Below the pieces are notes generated by a model. That model searched no databases, had not been told where the DNA came from, and saw only the letters and a list, made by a program, of their open reading frames with translations. The translations under genes and the position numbers were made by a program. Below, one piece after another: positions 46,504 through 59,700 of a stretch of 64,000 bases of DNA. Source of the DNA: Dendrobates tinctorius (Eukaryota); assembly GCF_039654945.1 (NCBI RefSeq), contig NW_027361796.1, forward strand, positions 15,748,001-15,812,000, read 5' to 3'. Every line of letters starts with the position of its first letter. The stretch's first letter is position 1.

Positions 46504-48326
46504 CCGTATTTTTCGCTTTATAAGACGCTCCAGATTATAAGACGCACCACAAATTTTGAGGAGAAAAATAGGAAAAAACATTTTTTAATAAAATGGTGGT
46601 GCCTCTTATAATCCAGGTGTCTTATTGCTTACCGGGGGTGGTGGCTGCGGTGAAGCGGGGTCCCAGTGTCGCTGCTGGAGGAGGCAGGAGTGGGGTGATA
46701 CTGCAGGCCGCAGGAAGGAATGAGAGGGTGCTCCGATGTGCAGCGCGCTGCCAGGGGGGCTCGTGATGCTACCAGGGGGCTCGTGCTGCTGCCAGGGGGG
46801 CTCGTGCTGCTACCAGTGGCTCGTGCTGCTACCAGGGGTCTGTGCTGCTACCAGGGGGGCTCGTGGTGCTACCAGGGGGGCTTGTGCTGCTACCAGGGGT
46901 CTGTGCTGCTACCAAGGGGGTTCGTGCTGCTACCAGGGGGGCTCGTGTTGCTGCCAGGGGTCTGTGCTGCTACCAGGGGGGCTTGTGCGGCTACCACAAG
47001 ATTTCAGTCCCGAGATCACCATCAGCGCATGCGCCGTCCCCGGCGGCGGCCGCCATATTGCCGGAGCCAGCCAATACAGAGCGAACCGAGAGGGAGCCCC
47101 GGGGCTCTGGCCTGTCGCAAAATGTCGGCAGAGCCCCGGGATGGGAACCGGAGACACCGCTGGGCACGTGGAGACACGGCTGGGCACCCGGAGACACCCA
47201 CAGCGCCGACGGACACCCGGAGACACCCGGACACCCCTGCGGCCTTCACCCGATAAGGTGCCGTATATACTTGAGTATAAATCGACCCGAGTATAAGCCG
47301 ACCCCCCTAATTTTGCCACAAAAAACAGGGAAAACTTATTGACTCGAGTATAAGCCTAGGGTGGGAAATGCTCCATAGATTATTCCCCCATATGGTGTCC
47401 CCAGAAGAAGCTCCATAGATTATTCCCTATTGTTCCCTCATATGCTGACCCCAGAAGAAGCTCCATAGATTGTTCCCTATTGTTCCCTCATATGCTGACC
47501 CCAGAAGAAGCTCCAGATTATTCCCCCATATGCTGCCCCCATAAGAAGCTCCATAGATTGTTCCCCCATATGCTGACCCCAGAAGAAGCTCCATAGATTA
47601 TTCCCCCATATGCTGCCCCCATGCTGCTGCTGCTGCATGTAAAAATAAAAAAAATGACATACTCACCTCTCCGTCGCTGGGTGTCAGGTGCCGGTGTCAC
47701 TGCTGGCACCTGAGATACTCACGTGTCCTGCGTCCATGGCTGCTCACCGCTATCTGCCACGTCATCAGTCAGTGACGTTCAGACTGCAGGGGGCGCGGCG
47801 CGCACTAACCACATCACCGTGCCCTCTGCTGTCTGAAGTCACTGACCGATGACAGACAGCAGCAAGCAGCCATGGACGCAGGACAGGTGAGTATCGCTAT
47901 ACTTACCCGTCCTGACGCTGTGTCTTGAGCCCCCAGCTTCTCCCCGTGCTTTCTCTTCCTGCCTTCAGCGGTCATGTGGTACCGCTCATTAAAACTCATG
48001 AATATGCGCATATTCATGAGTTTTAATTAGCGGCACCACGTGACCGCTGAAGGCAAGAAGAGATAGCACGGGGAGAAGCTGGGGGCTCAAGACACAGCGT
48101 CAGGACGGGTAAGTATGACCTGACACCCTCGCCTCCCTCCCCCTCCGACCCCCTTTGTATATGACTCGAATATAAGACGAGAGGGGGACTTTCAGCCCAA
48201 TTTTTTGGGCTGAAAATCTCGGCTTATATTCGAGTATATACGGTATATCCTCTTTGTAAGACACACCCCCATTTTCCCCCCAAGTTTGGGGGAAAAAAAG
48301 TGCGTCTTACAAAGCGGAAAATACGG
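46504..48326. mobile_element. Tc2/pogo-like MITE A with ~20-bp minisatellite (46745-46995)
   Basis: TA|CCGTATTTTTCGCTTTATAAGACGC...GCGTCTTACAAAGCGGAAAATACGG|TA. Confidence 0.82.
47261..48243. mobile_element. Tc2/pogo-like MITE B with minisatellite (47370-47620) and ~215-bp palindrome (47900-48116)
   Basis: CCGTATATACTTGAGTATAA...TTATATTCGAGTATATACGG|TA; palindrome centred on AATATGCGCATATT. Confidence 0.82.
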
Positions 48327-50311
48327 TACCAAGAGGAATGAGGGCCCTGCTCGCAAGCTTACAGTCTATGAGGAAAGAGGTAGACACGAAAGGTGGGTGG
48401 TAACAGTTGCCCTGATTGTATGGGCCAGCCATAATGTTAAGTGTGTAGACACAGAGGGCTAATGGATGCATAAAGCATGTGGGAACATGATGCGGGGAAC
48501 CTGGTTATGGTAAAACTTTTGGCTGTGCCACACAGGGATAGATTAGGTTAATGTGTTGAGGCGATAGGCCAGTCTGAATAAATGCATTTTCAGGGCACGC
48601 TTAAAATTGTAGGGATTGGGGACTAATCGTATTGACCTGGGAAGTGCATTCCAAAGATAATCTTATAAATGTGCCCCTGCTGTGTACTGGGTAATTTAAA
48701 TACATCCAAATGTGGAAATTATTATTATTCCAATATCTTTTGATTAAAGTGAACTTCTTTCGTGGGAAAACCCCTTTATGGTGAATTAGGATAGTAAGAA
48801 GACATGAGAGCTCACAGTTCAGCAATAGAGATATGGAAAGATTACCCTACAGCATTGGACAATACTCAGACAATAATGTGGTGTACAACTGCAGTGCTGA
48901 AGAAGATGTTGTAGGCTGGAAATAGAAGAGACATTGAATTGATGATTGGAGTGGTTCCAGCAGCAATGACAGACTAATTGAGATTGATGAGTAATATAAT
49001 GTAGCTGCCTATATGACAGTTACACATTTGTTTCATTCTTAATGCACTAGAAAACAGCAAGCCAGAACAATATTTTGTACCCAAAAAAATCTGACATGAG
49101 TGTCAAAGACGGTGTACTTATCACAAGTGACTCTACTGAGTTTGTGCATTCCTTGTGCTTTTTGAACTTGTACCTGCCTTGCGTTACTTAATATGTCATT
49201 TTTTGGAAAGAGGTTGAATTTTGTTAAATAGAAAAATACAGTAAATAAAAATGTAGACTACTGTAAATGCCCACCTATACTGCTGCCAGATTTTGCTTTT
49301 TGTTCTTGTACCTACATACCTAGCCTTTTTAGCTACTGTGTGTCTTTGGTAGGGGTTGAATAATTGGGGTTGATAAGATTGTCAAAAGTTAATCATAGTT
49401 TTATAGAAAATTTATGGTAAAAGAAAAAAGTTGCAATAGTAATAGACTGGGTATTGGAAAAGAAAAAAGCAATACCATGACTAAATGTTGGAGCCTTTAG
49501 CAGCATCAGAAGCACCACCACTGACAGCCACTGGGCAGTAGTACAACCAAATTCAGGTTACGTTCAGGGCATGTCTAATCTGGATCTCCCTGGGCTCCCA
49601 TGACATTGTTATGTCATGTGAGCTGTGCATCAAATCTGTGGCCACTATTAGGCTCTCACTTCTCTCATTTGACAGTCATCCCAGAAATGTGAGGGCTGTG
49701 CAGCCTAATAGTAATTATTGATGGGCTGCAGTGCTCACCTTGCATAACAATGTCATGCGAGCCCTGAGAGACTCTATGGACAACCCCTTTAAAGTTAATC
49801 TGTTCAGTTCATGATGCTCTAAAACATTCTACCTGTGGATTTTTTTTATAGTGATCAGTGTGAAAAAATGATGAAGTATATTCATGTATTAATGTGATAA
49901 TGTTTCTAATGACTGGTACAGCAAGTGGAGCAAAGGCTTCTATCTTACTTGATGATAAAATTGCTTCATTTCATTTGAGGCTACTCTGTTTGTTCAAATG
50001 TAAGGCTTTATCAGTTTCTAGTCACTCTGACCTGTGTCAGTAGATATCTGCTGTTTGTAGAGAAAAAAAATATTGATCAAGGTCCATTAGCATGGTTTAT
50101 GTTACCAGTCTATGCAATAAAGTGCATGTCTGGTATCTTACACGGCCTCACTAGGAGTTAAAGAGAAGTACAAAGAGTACTAAAATAAATTAAAAAACCT
50201 TCACGCTTTCAATCCCAGGTTGATACAGAACAGGTGCTGTAGAGATCCTGGCAGTATTTACAGACTGGCATGTGACCACTGCAGTCAATCACTGACCTCA
50301 GTAGCCATGTA

Positions 50312-51190
50312 CAAGTGCTGCTCACAAAATTAGAATATCATCAAAAAGTTAATTTATTTCAGTTCTTCAATTCAAAAAGTAAATCTCATATATTATATAG
50401 AGTCATTACAAACAGAGTGATCTATTTCAAGTGTTTATTTCTGTTAATGTTGATGATTATGGCTTACAGCCAATGAAAACCCAAAACTCATTATCTCAGT
50501 AAATTAGAATACTTTATAACACCAGCTTTAAAAATTATTTTAAAATCCAAAATGTTGGCCTACTGAAATGTATGTTCAGTAAATGCACTCAATACTTGGT
50601 CGGGGCTCCTTTTGCATCAATTACTGCATCAGTGCAGCGTGGCATGGAGGCGATCAGTGTCTGGCACTGCTGAGGTGTTATGAAAGCCCGGGTTGCTTTG
50701 ATAGCAGCCTTCAGCTTGTCTGCATTGTTGGGTCTGCTGTCTCTCATCTTCCTCTTGACAATACCCCATAGATTCTCTATAGGGCTAAGGTCAGGTGAGT
50801 TTGCTGGCCAATCAAGCACATTGATATTGTTGTTTCTAAACCAGGTATTGGTACTTTTGGCAGTGTGGACAAGTGCCAAGTCCTGCTGGAGAATGAACTT
50901 TCCATCTCCAAAAAGCTTGTCGGCAGAGGGAAGCATGAAGTGCTCTAAAATTTCCTGGTAGACGATTGCGCTGACTTTGGACTTGATAAAACACAGTGGG
51001 CCTACACCAGCAGATGACATGGCTCCCCAAACCATCACTGATTGTAGAAACTTCACACTAGACCTCAAGCAGCTTGGATTGTGTGCCTTTCCACTCTTCC
51101 TCCAGACTTTGGGACCTTGATTTCCATAATCTAAAGTTTCCATACTCAGTGATGGTTTGGGGAGCCATGTCATCTGCTGGTGTAGGTCCC
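50312..51190 (-). mobile_element. 5'-truncated Tc1 transposon
   Basis: TA|CAAGTGCTGCTCACAAAATTAGAATAT terminus, followed by the transposase C-terminal half on the minus strand. Confidence 0.88.
50589..51126 (-). pseudogene. Tc1 transposase C-terminal fragment (DD34E)
   Basis: VMVWGAMS...ILQQD-x34-E with WPANSPDLSPIENLW...AKGAPTKY*. The N-terminal DNA-binding domain and first catalytic Asp are missing. Confidence 0.9.
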
Positions 51191-53014
51191 CTGTTTTTTT
51201 TTCTAGCCTTTTTAGTCATTTCTGTTGGAAAGTATGTAGCAGCTTAATAGCAGAATACACCTGTAGAATCATCAGGTCACTTCTTTTAAACCCCCTTGTG
51301 TCTTTAAAAACCTAAAACTAATTAAAACCAATCAAAAGACTAAACCTATTAACAACAAGTCATTTTCATTAGAAATGAATAAGAAGAGTCTTTCAAGTGT
51401 TTTATGAGCAATTTTCAGGCCCTTTTTGGAGCAAAGCCAGTCCAAAAGACCCCTGAAAACACTCTGAGTGCACATAGCCCTACTGCACCAACATTTGGTA
51501 CATGAACCTGGTTTTGGTAATCTGTTCTGATCCGTGGTCTTTTCTTAGAAGTGTCCCACCAGTGACACCACATGTTCTGTAGGCTTTTGTCCCTCACATA
51601 GAGATAACTTGTGAATAATAAACATTTCTAGAACTTCTGAACCTGACTACAAATTTTCGCTGGCACAGTTTGCCATTAGAGTTATTTTTCCTGTTAGGAT
51701 TTGTGCAGATGACTATATTTTCGGTCTGAGTGAAATGAAGGCATTGTACAGAAAGCCTACATTATTATATATAATATACTTTTATTTTATACTCACGTTA
51801 TACATTTTACCTAGGGTTTCAAAGGATTTTAGTTTTTTATATTATTGAACCCTAATTGCATCCTTTTACTCTTTTATTAGGGATAAGAAATGAGTATTGA
51901 TTAGTGTTAGGAAATGTGTACCGATTAGGTTAGGGATTAGGAAATGTGTAAAGATTAGTGTCAGGAAATAGATTAGGGTTAGGAAATGTGTACAGAGTAA
52001 GTCCGGGTTCACATGTCCATATAGTATAAATAACGGCCCTGATTGGATCTGCATTCAGCTGCATATCATAAATCGGACCAGACCAGTGCAATTTTTTTTT
52101 TTCACACAGAGTCGTTTTTTAGGGGAAAATTGCTGCTGTGTTACATAGGTAATATTGTCTCAGTATGCTGTTTGTTGTACATATGGACATAAAATACGAC
52201 CATATGGGCCTGGCCTAAATTTGGAAATGTTATCGGATTAATACATGAAAGTATCATCAAGGCAGCAAGATTTTTCTCACCTGTGCAACACTACCGGTAT
52301 GTAAATCCTGAAAACACGACGTGTTGGGGGGGCCGTGAGGACTGGAGTTTGGGACGGTCATGATGTCATCTTTACTGATGAGGAGTAGACTATCAGAATA
52401 GCAGCGCTGGAGCACAGGACGATTTCCAAGATAAATAGATCAGCAAGAAAAGTCACAGGACCCTGGTCTATTGGCCTTGTCGGTGGATGCCAGACCAGAG
52501 CCCTACGAATCTCCTCTCATCTGCCGGTATCCCTGGCACTTATTTGATTAGTAAAATGGCGCAATGTCATGCATATGTCATGCCGTAATATTATTATCAC
52601 ACCAGGTCTACATATTAGAAGAGGTGTCAGGAATGTTGCCAGGTAGGAGGAGGTTCTCAGGGCTCTGGTTTGGCAGCCAAGTACTACCAATGTGGCCACT
52701 TGACCTGGGTACTGCAATTAGTTTTGCTCAACTTTAAAATATGCTGCATTTTTGCTTTTTTAGAAATATCCTTTTTCACTGTTAACTTCTAAAGAACACT
52801 GGAAAATCCTACTCCCCAGGGGAACACTTGTAAAATAGGCAAATACCTCAATCTAAAAAAACTGACAGTAGTTACAGTGTGTGCAAGTGCAGCGGTCCAC
52901 GCAGCTGCTATGAGTCCTGTGAGTCGGTGGTGGCGTCCCACCCGCCATTTCAACTTCAGCGATATCGACATCCTTGACTACGTAGTGCCTGCTGCCCTTC
53001 CTGAGATATGCTGG

Positions 53015-53766
53015 TGTAGGGTCGGTGGGCCGAGCTGGGGGGTGGTCCCTCGATATACCGTGCAGTGACGTACAGACAGAAGATGAGGCAGGTTGCGGGT
53101 GCAACAGGTCCAAGTTTATTTTCCACCGTCCGACTGACGGCCCTCACAGCACACCACAGTATCTTTCCCACGGCCCTCCGTGTTCAGGGCCACTTCACAC
53201 ACCGTACTTTACACCACGGACGTATTTATACGTACCGCCCCTTTTTCACTCTGTGATGTTCCTGTCAGCTCAGTCACTGTGGCCGCCTTAGGCCCGTACA
53301 CCATCAGCACTTCACTGGTCAGCTTCGTCGATCCAAATATGGTGTCCTTCACCCCGTGCCTCGTCTATGCTGCGGTTCTTCCTGTCAGGACCACCCCCCT
53401 GACGTTCTCTCTCCTCAGTCCCCCTAGTTTGGTTCTCCTCACAGTGCACAAACTATCGTAGTCCTCCTGTCACTGGAGCTCCCCCTGGGGACTGGAACTT
53501 TCTGGAACCCTCCTTCAAATTTATACCTTTCCTGGTTCCCTGTAACTCCGCCCCCCATGACCAACGGTTTCCTAAGCCTTAAGCTGATGTCAAGTCCTTT
53601 GCTCACGCTCCTCCCTGCCCTCTAATGGTCAACCCAAGGTACTGCACGTCCACTACACTTTCTCAGCTGTTTCCCCACTGTAGTAACTGACACCTATCTA
53701 AACTGTGCAACCCTTCCTTCCTCTCTTCTGACAAGTCCATCCGTCCGTCAGGTCACCTTCCCTACA
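53015..53766 (-). mobile_element. Solo LTR (752 bp)
   Basis: TGTAGGG...CCCTACA termini; 4-bp TSD CTGG (53011-53014, 53767-53770); minus-strand TATAAA (about 53520) and AATAAA (about 53116). Confidence 0.85.
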
Positions 53767-53884
53767 CTGGCGCTTCAGAATGCTCACTGCAGAGACCGGA
53801 GCAATAGGGGAATGAGGAGAAGAGGTGAGTATTGTATGTTTTTTATAAATCAGTGAGTACATTGCAGCGACCATAATTCTGTAA

Positions 53885-54660
53885 TGAGGGCTATGGGGAG
53901 TGCATTATACCGAATGTACTATGGGGAATGCATTATACTATAAGTACTATGGAGAGTGCATTATACTGTATGGAGGACTATAGGGAGCGCAATATACTAT
54001 ATGGAGTAATATGGAGTGCATTATACTGTATGGAGGACTATGGGGAGTGCAGTTTACTATATGGAGGACTATGAAGTGCATTATACTGTATGGACTATGG
54101 GGAGTGCATTATACTGTATGGCGGACTATGGGGTGTGTAGTATACTATATGGAGGACTAAGGGGTGCATTATACTATATAGAGGACTAAGGGGAGTGCAT
54201 GATACTATATGGAAGGTTATGGGGTGCATTAAACTTATGGGAAACTATGGAGCCTATTATCCTATATCGAAGTCAATATGGGGGCTATTTTAATATATAG
54301 AGGTCTATGTGGGGTCCATTATAATGTATGTAAGCAGTTATACAGTGTGAAGGTTTGTGTGGGGTTATTTATACCGTGTGGGGGCCATTATACTGTTTGA
54401 AGGGCTAATGGAGGACATTCTACAGTGTGGTCAGGTGTGGGGGCCATTATCCTATATGTAGGCCCATTATACTGCATGGAGGGCTGTGTATGGGTTACAG
54501 TTGGGGGATCATATTATGTTGGGGTGACCATACTTTGCCAGGGGAGTGGACGTGGGGTACAGTACGGTCAACATACTGTGGGTGTGGAGGGTACTATGGA
54601 GGAATTTGCTTTGTGGGTGTCATACAGTGTGGGGCACTTTTGTTGGCATCATACTTTATG
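53885..54660. repeat. Diverging ~31-bp minisatellite (GGGGAGTGCATTATACTGTATGGAGGACTAT)
   Basis: Homogeneous at about 53890-54230, progressively decayed to the right. Confidence 0.85.
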
Positions 54661-55379
54661 GGTGCAGTGAAAGGGCAATCTACAAAATTATTTTGTAAAG
54701 GCTGAAAAGTTGCGGGATATGCTCTTCTGTGGCCATGCCTAATATTAATTAATTTATTTTGTTGGCGGGTGTCAATTAGGACGTCTACTCTGGGGCCCCA
54801 TGATTTCTGTTTGTCCCTGTGTGCAAGTATGCAAACAGAATGTGATGGGTTTTTAAGTGATCACTGGTGACATTACACAGAGAATGTCAGGCTGCACATC
54901 TGGAGCAATAAGGATGTATTCTTGGAAATTGTATTTAAATGTTTGCATTGTGTCATGGTTGCTTATCATTACTTACCTATTACTCGCTGTATGTAGATTA
55001 CTTTCAGCAATGTGCCGTATAAATGTAATTTCACAGGCTGCTTCTAAGAAGCTGCCATCTACAAAGAATTCAGGAGGGTCATTCACTTTGTAAAATGTAA
55101 TCGCCGTCTCATAATATTTGCTATTTCTTGTATCTTTTTTTTTTTTTTAAAATGACCTTTATATATGCAACATTTTCTTCCTTCAACGGACTTCATGGTA
55201 ATGAGGCACAGACCCCTCCAGCTGTATTACCATTAAGAGCTTTAACTTGTCATCTTCTCCTCTTCAGCTTCTCTCCAGAGGGGTTATTTATTTTGCTAAC
55301 CACACGGAACATACTGTATGCACAGTATTATTTTTTATACTTATGTTTATAAGGGTTTTTATTGTTTTTTTTTCAACAG

Positions 55380-55521
55380 GCCATTTTCCAAACAAAGCAA
55401 TGCCATCTGCCGGAACGTTGCCATGGGTACAGGGGATTATTTGCAACGCTAATAACCCATGCTTTCGATACCCAACACCTGGAGAGTCACCAGGAAACAT
55501 TGGAAATTTCAATAGGTCCAT
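55380..55521 (+). CDS. ABCA1: ABCA1 exon 4 ([46 protein letters not shown])
   Basis: tttcaacag|GC...AT|gtaagt; 142 nt; near-identical to recalled ABCA1 extracellular domain 1 start. Confidence 0.96.
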
Positions 55522-55976
55522 GTAAGTGAATTTTCTTGCCCTACTGTTCTAATTACTATTTTTATTATTACAAGTGTGTCAGAAAATGTGTCTTTCAACT
55601 ACTTACTGAAGATATCTCCTTTTGGATGGTTATACTGTAGAAACAATGGCCCCAAAAGCATTCTCCATTCTTAATGAAGGTAGCCCCAGAGGAAGATTTG
55701 CCAATTCATGTAAAGACGAGTGCTTCTCAATGAATTTGGTGCACCCTTCAACTCTCTCAATCCATTGCCAGAAATGTATATAATTCAGGGTCTTGTGTAA
55801 ATTTCTGCCAAAAAATAAGCCACCTTTGTAGATTAAATTATGATTTGTTAGTCATTCTTAGCCACAACTCTTCCCACCAGAGCTCCACCAACTTTTCAAA
55901 AATCTGGTGGGACTGGTGTAAAAGCATCACAAGTTGCAAAATTTTGCACAACTTCAAGTTGTGCAAAAATTTTATT

Positions 55977-56245
55977 ACATTTCAGAACTCTAGTCATTCC
56001 AGAGCTCTAGCCATTCCAGAGCTCTAGCCATTCCTGAGCTCTAGCCATTCCAGATCTCTAGCCATTCCAGATCTCTAGCCATTCCAGAGCTCTAGCCATT
56101 CCAGAACTCTAGCCATTCTAGATCTCTAGCCATTCCAGAGCTCTGGCCATTCCAGAGCTCTAGCCATTCCAGAGCTCTAGCCATTCCAGAGCTCTAGCCA
56201 TTCCAGAACTCTAATAGAAATCCTATGACATTCCAGAACTCTAGC
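55977..56245. repeat. 17-bp tandem repeat (CCATTCCAGAGCTCTAG), about 15 copies
   Basis: Direct reading. Confidence 0.92.
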
Positions 56246-56643
56246 TAAAATTGCTTGATACGTAAACTGCAGCCTTTGTTTTCATTAAACTGCTATATAC
56301 AGTGTGTCATATTTATTGATTACGTAAGGAGCAAGATTAAGCAAAAATTATTTCATCATTTGCCTTTTTTTTAAGTATTTGAGATAAAGACACTTATCAA
56401 AAGCTTATATTAAGGTTAAAGTAGTGGTTGCTGGAGGCTCCCACCTTACTGCTCTCATAACCAGAGTTTAAAGGTTGTATATTGTCTCATGCATTCAGCT
56501 GAACAGCTTATTTGGGTATTGTGAGAAGAACGCTAATTGTCAGCTCCTACACCAGTGAACAATACCTTTAAGTGTAGTTGCCTCAAAGTAAAATGTTACA
56601 GATTTTTTTTGTAAATTAAATTATTATTTTTGCATAATTTTAG

Positions 56644-56756
56644 AGTTTCTCGGTTGTTTTCTGATGCAAGAAAGTTGCTGCTATATAGTCAAAAAGACAC
56701 AAGTGGGAAGGACCTGCACAAGTTCCTTGCAAGTTTACATAGATTTCGGGGTACAG
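56644..56756 (+). CDS. ABCA1: ABCA1 exon 5 ([38 protein letters not shown])
   Basis: aatttttag|A...ACAG|gtaagt; 113 nt; phase continues exon 4; RLFSDAR[11 protein letters not shown] is ABCA1-type. Confidence 0.93.
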
Positions 56757-59700
56757 GTAAGTTATCATTTGAATGCAATACAATTATGAGAATCCTTATA
56801 CACCTACACTGACATCAAGACTATAAAGGGGCATTTACATTGCAAGACAATTGTGAATGAGCGTTGTTAAAAACAATAGTTTCACGATTATCTTGGTATC
56901 TAAACACTCAGCATAAAAGATCATCATTCTCTACAAGAACCATGGCAGCCTATACTCACTGAACGATCTGGTAGAGCTCACTAAGTGCACATTGTCTACT
57001 TTGGCCTGCCTGTGTAAAAAGAGGCATTCAAGTGACCGACAATGCGTAAAAGTTTACCAATCGGTAGTCATATCATGCCGTCGGTTGGGCGTTGTAAACT
57101 GACCTTAAGATTTCTAGTAGTGGTTTTGGTAGCGCACCGTTTTTAGACTTTGAATGGCATACAGTAGATCCTAAGGAACTCATGTATTAGTAATCTAATT
57201 TACAGATAGGTAGAGTGGTTTTCCTAAACAGTAGAAGAAATTATCGTTGAATGAATTTGTATTTTATTGCATAAAGTGGTATTTTACTTTTTCATTTTTG
57301 CCACCCGAATACTTTGTTTAGTCTTTTTTTGTAACATGAAAACATAATAGATTGATAGCCTCTTTTATAATGGCTTTTGCCAATGTATTTGGTGCCTCTT
57401 GTTCACTGTTTTGATCTATTGGTGATCTGCCCACTTTCTATTTTATTCACTTTTTAACATAGTAAAATAACTGATGTTGTTAAGGTAGGTAATTGTTTGC
57501 TAGGGGATGGGGAAAAAACAGTCGTAGTTGCAAATTGCCTCATTTTAGGAAGAAGAAGTCCTTCTTGATTGAAAGATGAATAAATAAATTTACCTTTCTT
57601 CTGTAATTATGTATACGTGATTTAATGCGTTTATGTCAACTTTTGAAGTTCCATTTGGTAGGGGACAACATCCTGATGGCTCTAACCACCACTGTTCCCT
57701 AGAATGAGGTTTGAGCCCTGTCTGAATTGATCTGAAGTTAAGTATGTTCATCTCTGCTTCTGCTCCATTCACTTTGTATGGAATTTCAGAAAAGCAAAGT
57801 ATAGAGTTCAGCTATCTATGGCAAATCCCGTAGAGAATGGAAAGGAAGGGCTGCATCCTATTTTATGGATAGGGGATTAACTTGAAAACTTGTCGCAAGC
57901 CTTTTTGATATTTTGGATTTCAAAAAAAGCATCATGGCCGTTCTTGTACTTGTTTAGCAAATCAATCATCACAACATTTTGTGCAAGAGAGTATCTAAAG
58001 TTTCACTGCTCTTTCTGTAACGAATCCTCATCTGTGATGATTTTGAAACCAAGATGTGGGGGAGACTTGTCGTGGTTACAGACCTATGTGTAAAAAGATC
58101 ATTAGAAAGATCTCTGTACTTTTCATATATTTAGCTTAATTGATTAGATCGCCCAAGCTATGCTTTGTCCTTCATTTAGAGGTTCATACCACTAGTAGAT
58201 GTGTTAATAAAAAAATAAAGCTTTTTTTCTTCTGAACGTTTAATATAATTGAACTTAGAGTTAGAGATAATGTAACTTTCCCTCCTTGTAGATTATGAAG
58301 GTACATACTTGCGCAGAAGAGTCTTCATGCGATTGGTATCTGGCTACTTAGCTGTAGCTTTCGGCTTAAGGTCATCCTCGCAGAATGTCTTCCTTTATCA
58401 GCCATTGATAGCCAGTTTACAGTAATATGCATACCGTGCGGCGTGCAATTAGTACAGGGCAATGGCTTATTACTGGAACAGTTATAGCCCCAAGCCACAT
58501 TCTTCCTATGTGTACTTGTAAGTTCAGATAAATGTATTAGTTTCTCTTACAGTAGCTGTTTTTTTTCTTAGCAATACTCTCTTGTATATGGCTTGGATTA
58601 AGAAACACCGAGGCTTGAATTTAGGTTGGGTAAAGGTAGTTCAATATTGCGTAACATACTGTACGTCTACCATACAGGATGACATGGTATTTTCATGTAT
58701 TGTGGGTTTTTTGACTAATGCAAAAATGTGCCCATATGCCTACTGGTAAGAGTGATAACCACCCCTGCTCTACCAGCAGTGCATCTACTGTAAGGTGCTC
58801 TTGCCATCTTCTGTTTTATTGGCTGCAGTCACCCGTATACCCCATGTGACTGCTGCCCTACCTCTGATAAGCTGCATTGGTCATGTACAGTATATAGTGC
58901 TTAATCACTGAACCAAGTAAGCAGAATACAACGAGGAGGACTGGTGATGTGGTGCTGAAGCACCGGGGATGAGTACAGCTATTTTATCAATATTCCTGGC
59001 TATAGATACATTATGTAATACTTTTGAAAAATTTTGACAATACTAGTAAATTAATTGTAACTGGAATAGTGACAATAGAAAACACTAGGATCTATATGAA
59101 ATGCAAAATATCCATGTAATAACTAGTGAAATATATACAGGGAATCTCCTTCAGATAACCACCCAAAAACGTATTGAATGTCTTGTAGAGGAGTGGCCAT
59201 CTCAGTGATGAAGTTGGCCTGTGTCCATAATATATGAACATCTGTCATAGGATACCTGGTCTGGATAGAGTGGTGGTTGATTTTATATGCTGGAGCTAAA
59301 AATCTGTAATTTGATAATCTGGGAAGACCGTTCCCTTCCTCAGGCTAAAGAGGTGGTCTTCACTGTAGCTAATAAATAACACGTGTGAAGAAAATATGTA
59401 ATAATCTATTACATGGTAATTCTGCAGAGTGAGGTCAGTTTCTCTTCTGCTTTGAGTAGACCATGAGGAAGTACCGTATGTCGTCTTCAGGCCAGAGTAA
59501 CTATTTCTCAATATCCCCAACTGTTTAAAGGGGATTTACAATTTATAGAAAGGTTTTCATAACCAAAAATCAATTCCCAAATATCCTATTAGGATTATCT
59601 AAGTTAAAAAAGGAGACCTCCAACAATTTGCCAGAGCAGAGACCGTCTACTAAAAAGGACCATCAGTCACATCCTCCATAGCAACAGAACATCTCCATAT

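Larger units (their letters stand above)
46278..48775. mobile_element. Four-layer nest: Kolobok MITE > L2-like LINE fragment > Tc2/pogo-like MITE A > Tc2/pogo-like MITE B
   Basis: Outer AGGGGTTTTCCCACGAA...TTCGTGGGAAAACCCCT. L2-like tail at 46379-46503 resumes at 48329-48654. MITE A is 46504-48326; MITE B is 47261-48243. Confidence 0.8.
52888..54819. mobile_element. hAT-like element remnant containing a solo LTR and a ~31-bp minisatellite
   Basis: Flanking direct repeat TGTGCAAG (52880-52887, 54820-54827); right end GGGCCCC...CCCTG; left TIR not recognisable. Confidence 0.45.

Noticed and set aside
46720-47342. Cys/Gly-rich ORFs resembling keratin-associated proteins
   Set aside because: Translation of a ~20-bp minisatellite inside a MITE.
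37479-56756. ABCA7 or ABCA4 as the gene identity
   Set aside because: Exon 3-5 peptides and the LXRE/TATA promoter fit ABCA1 better. Non-mammalian ABCA7 can resemble ABCA1, so synteny and a tree would be the formal test.
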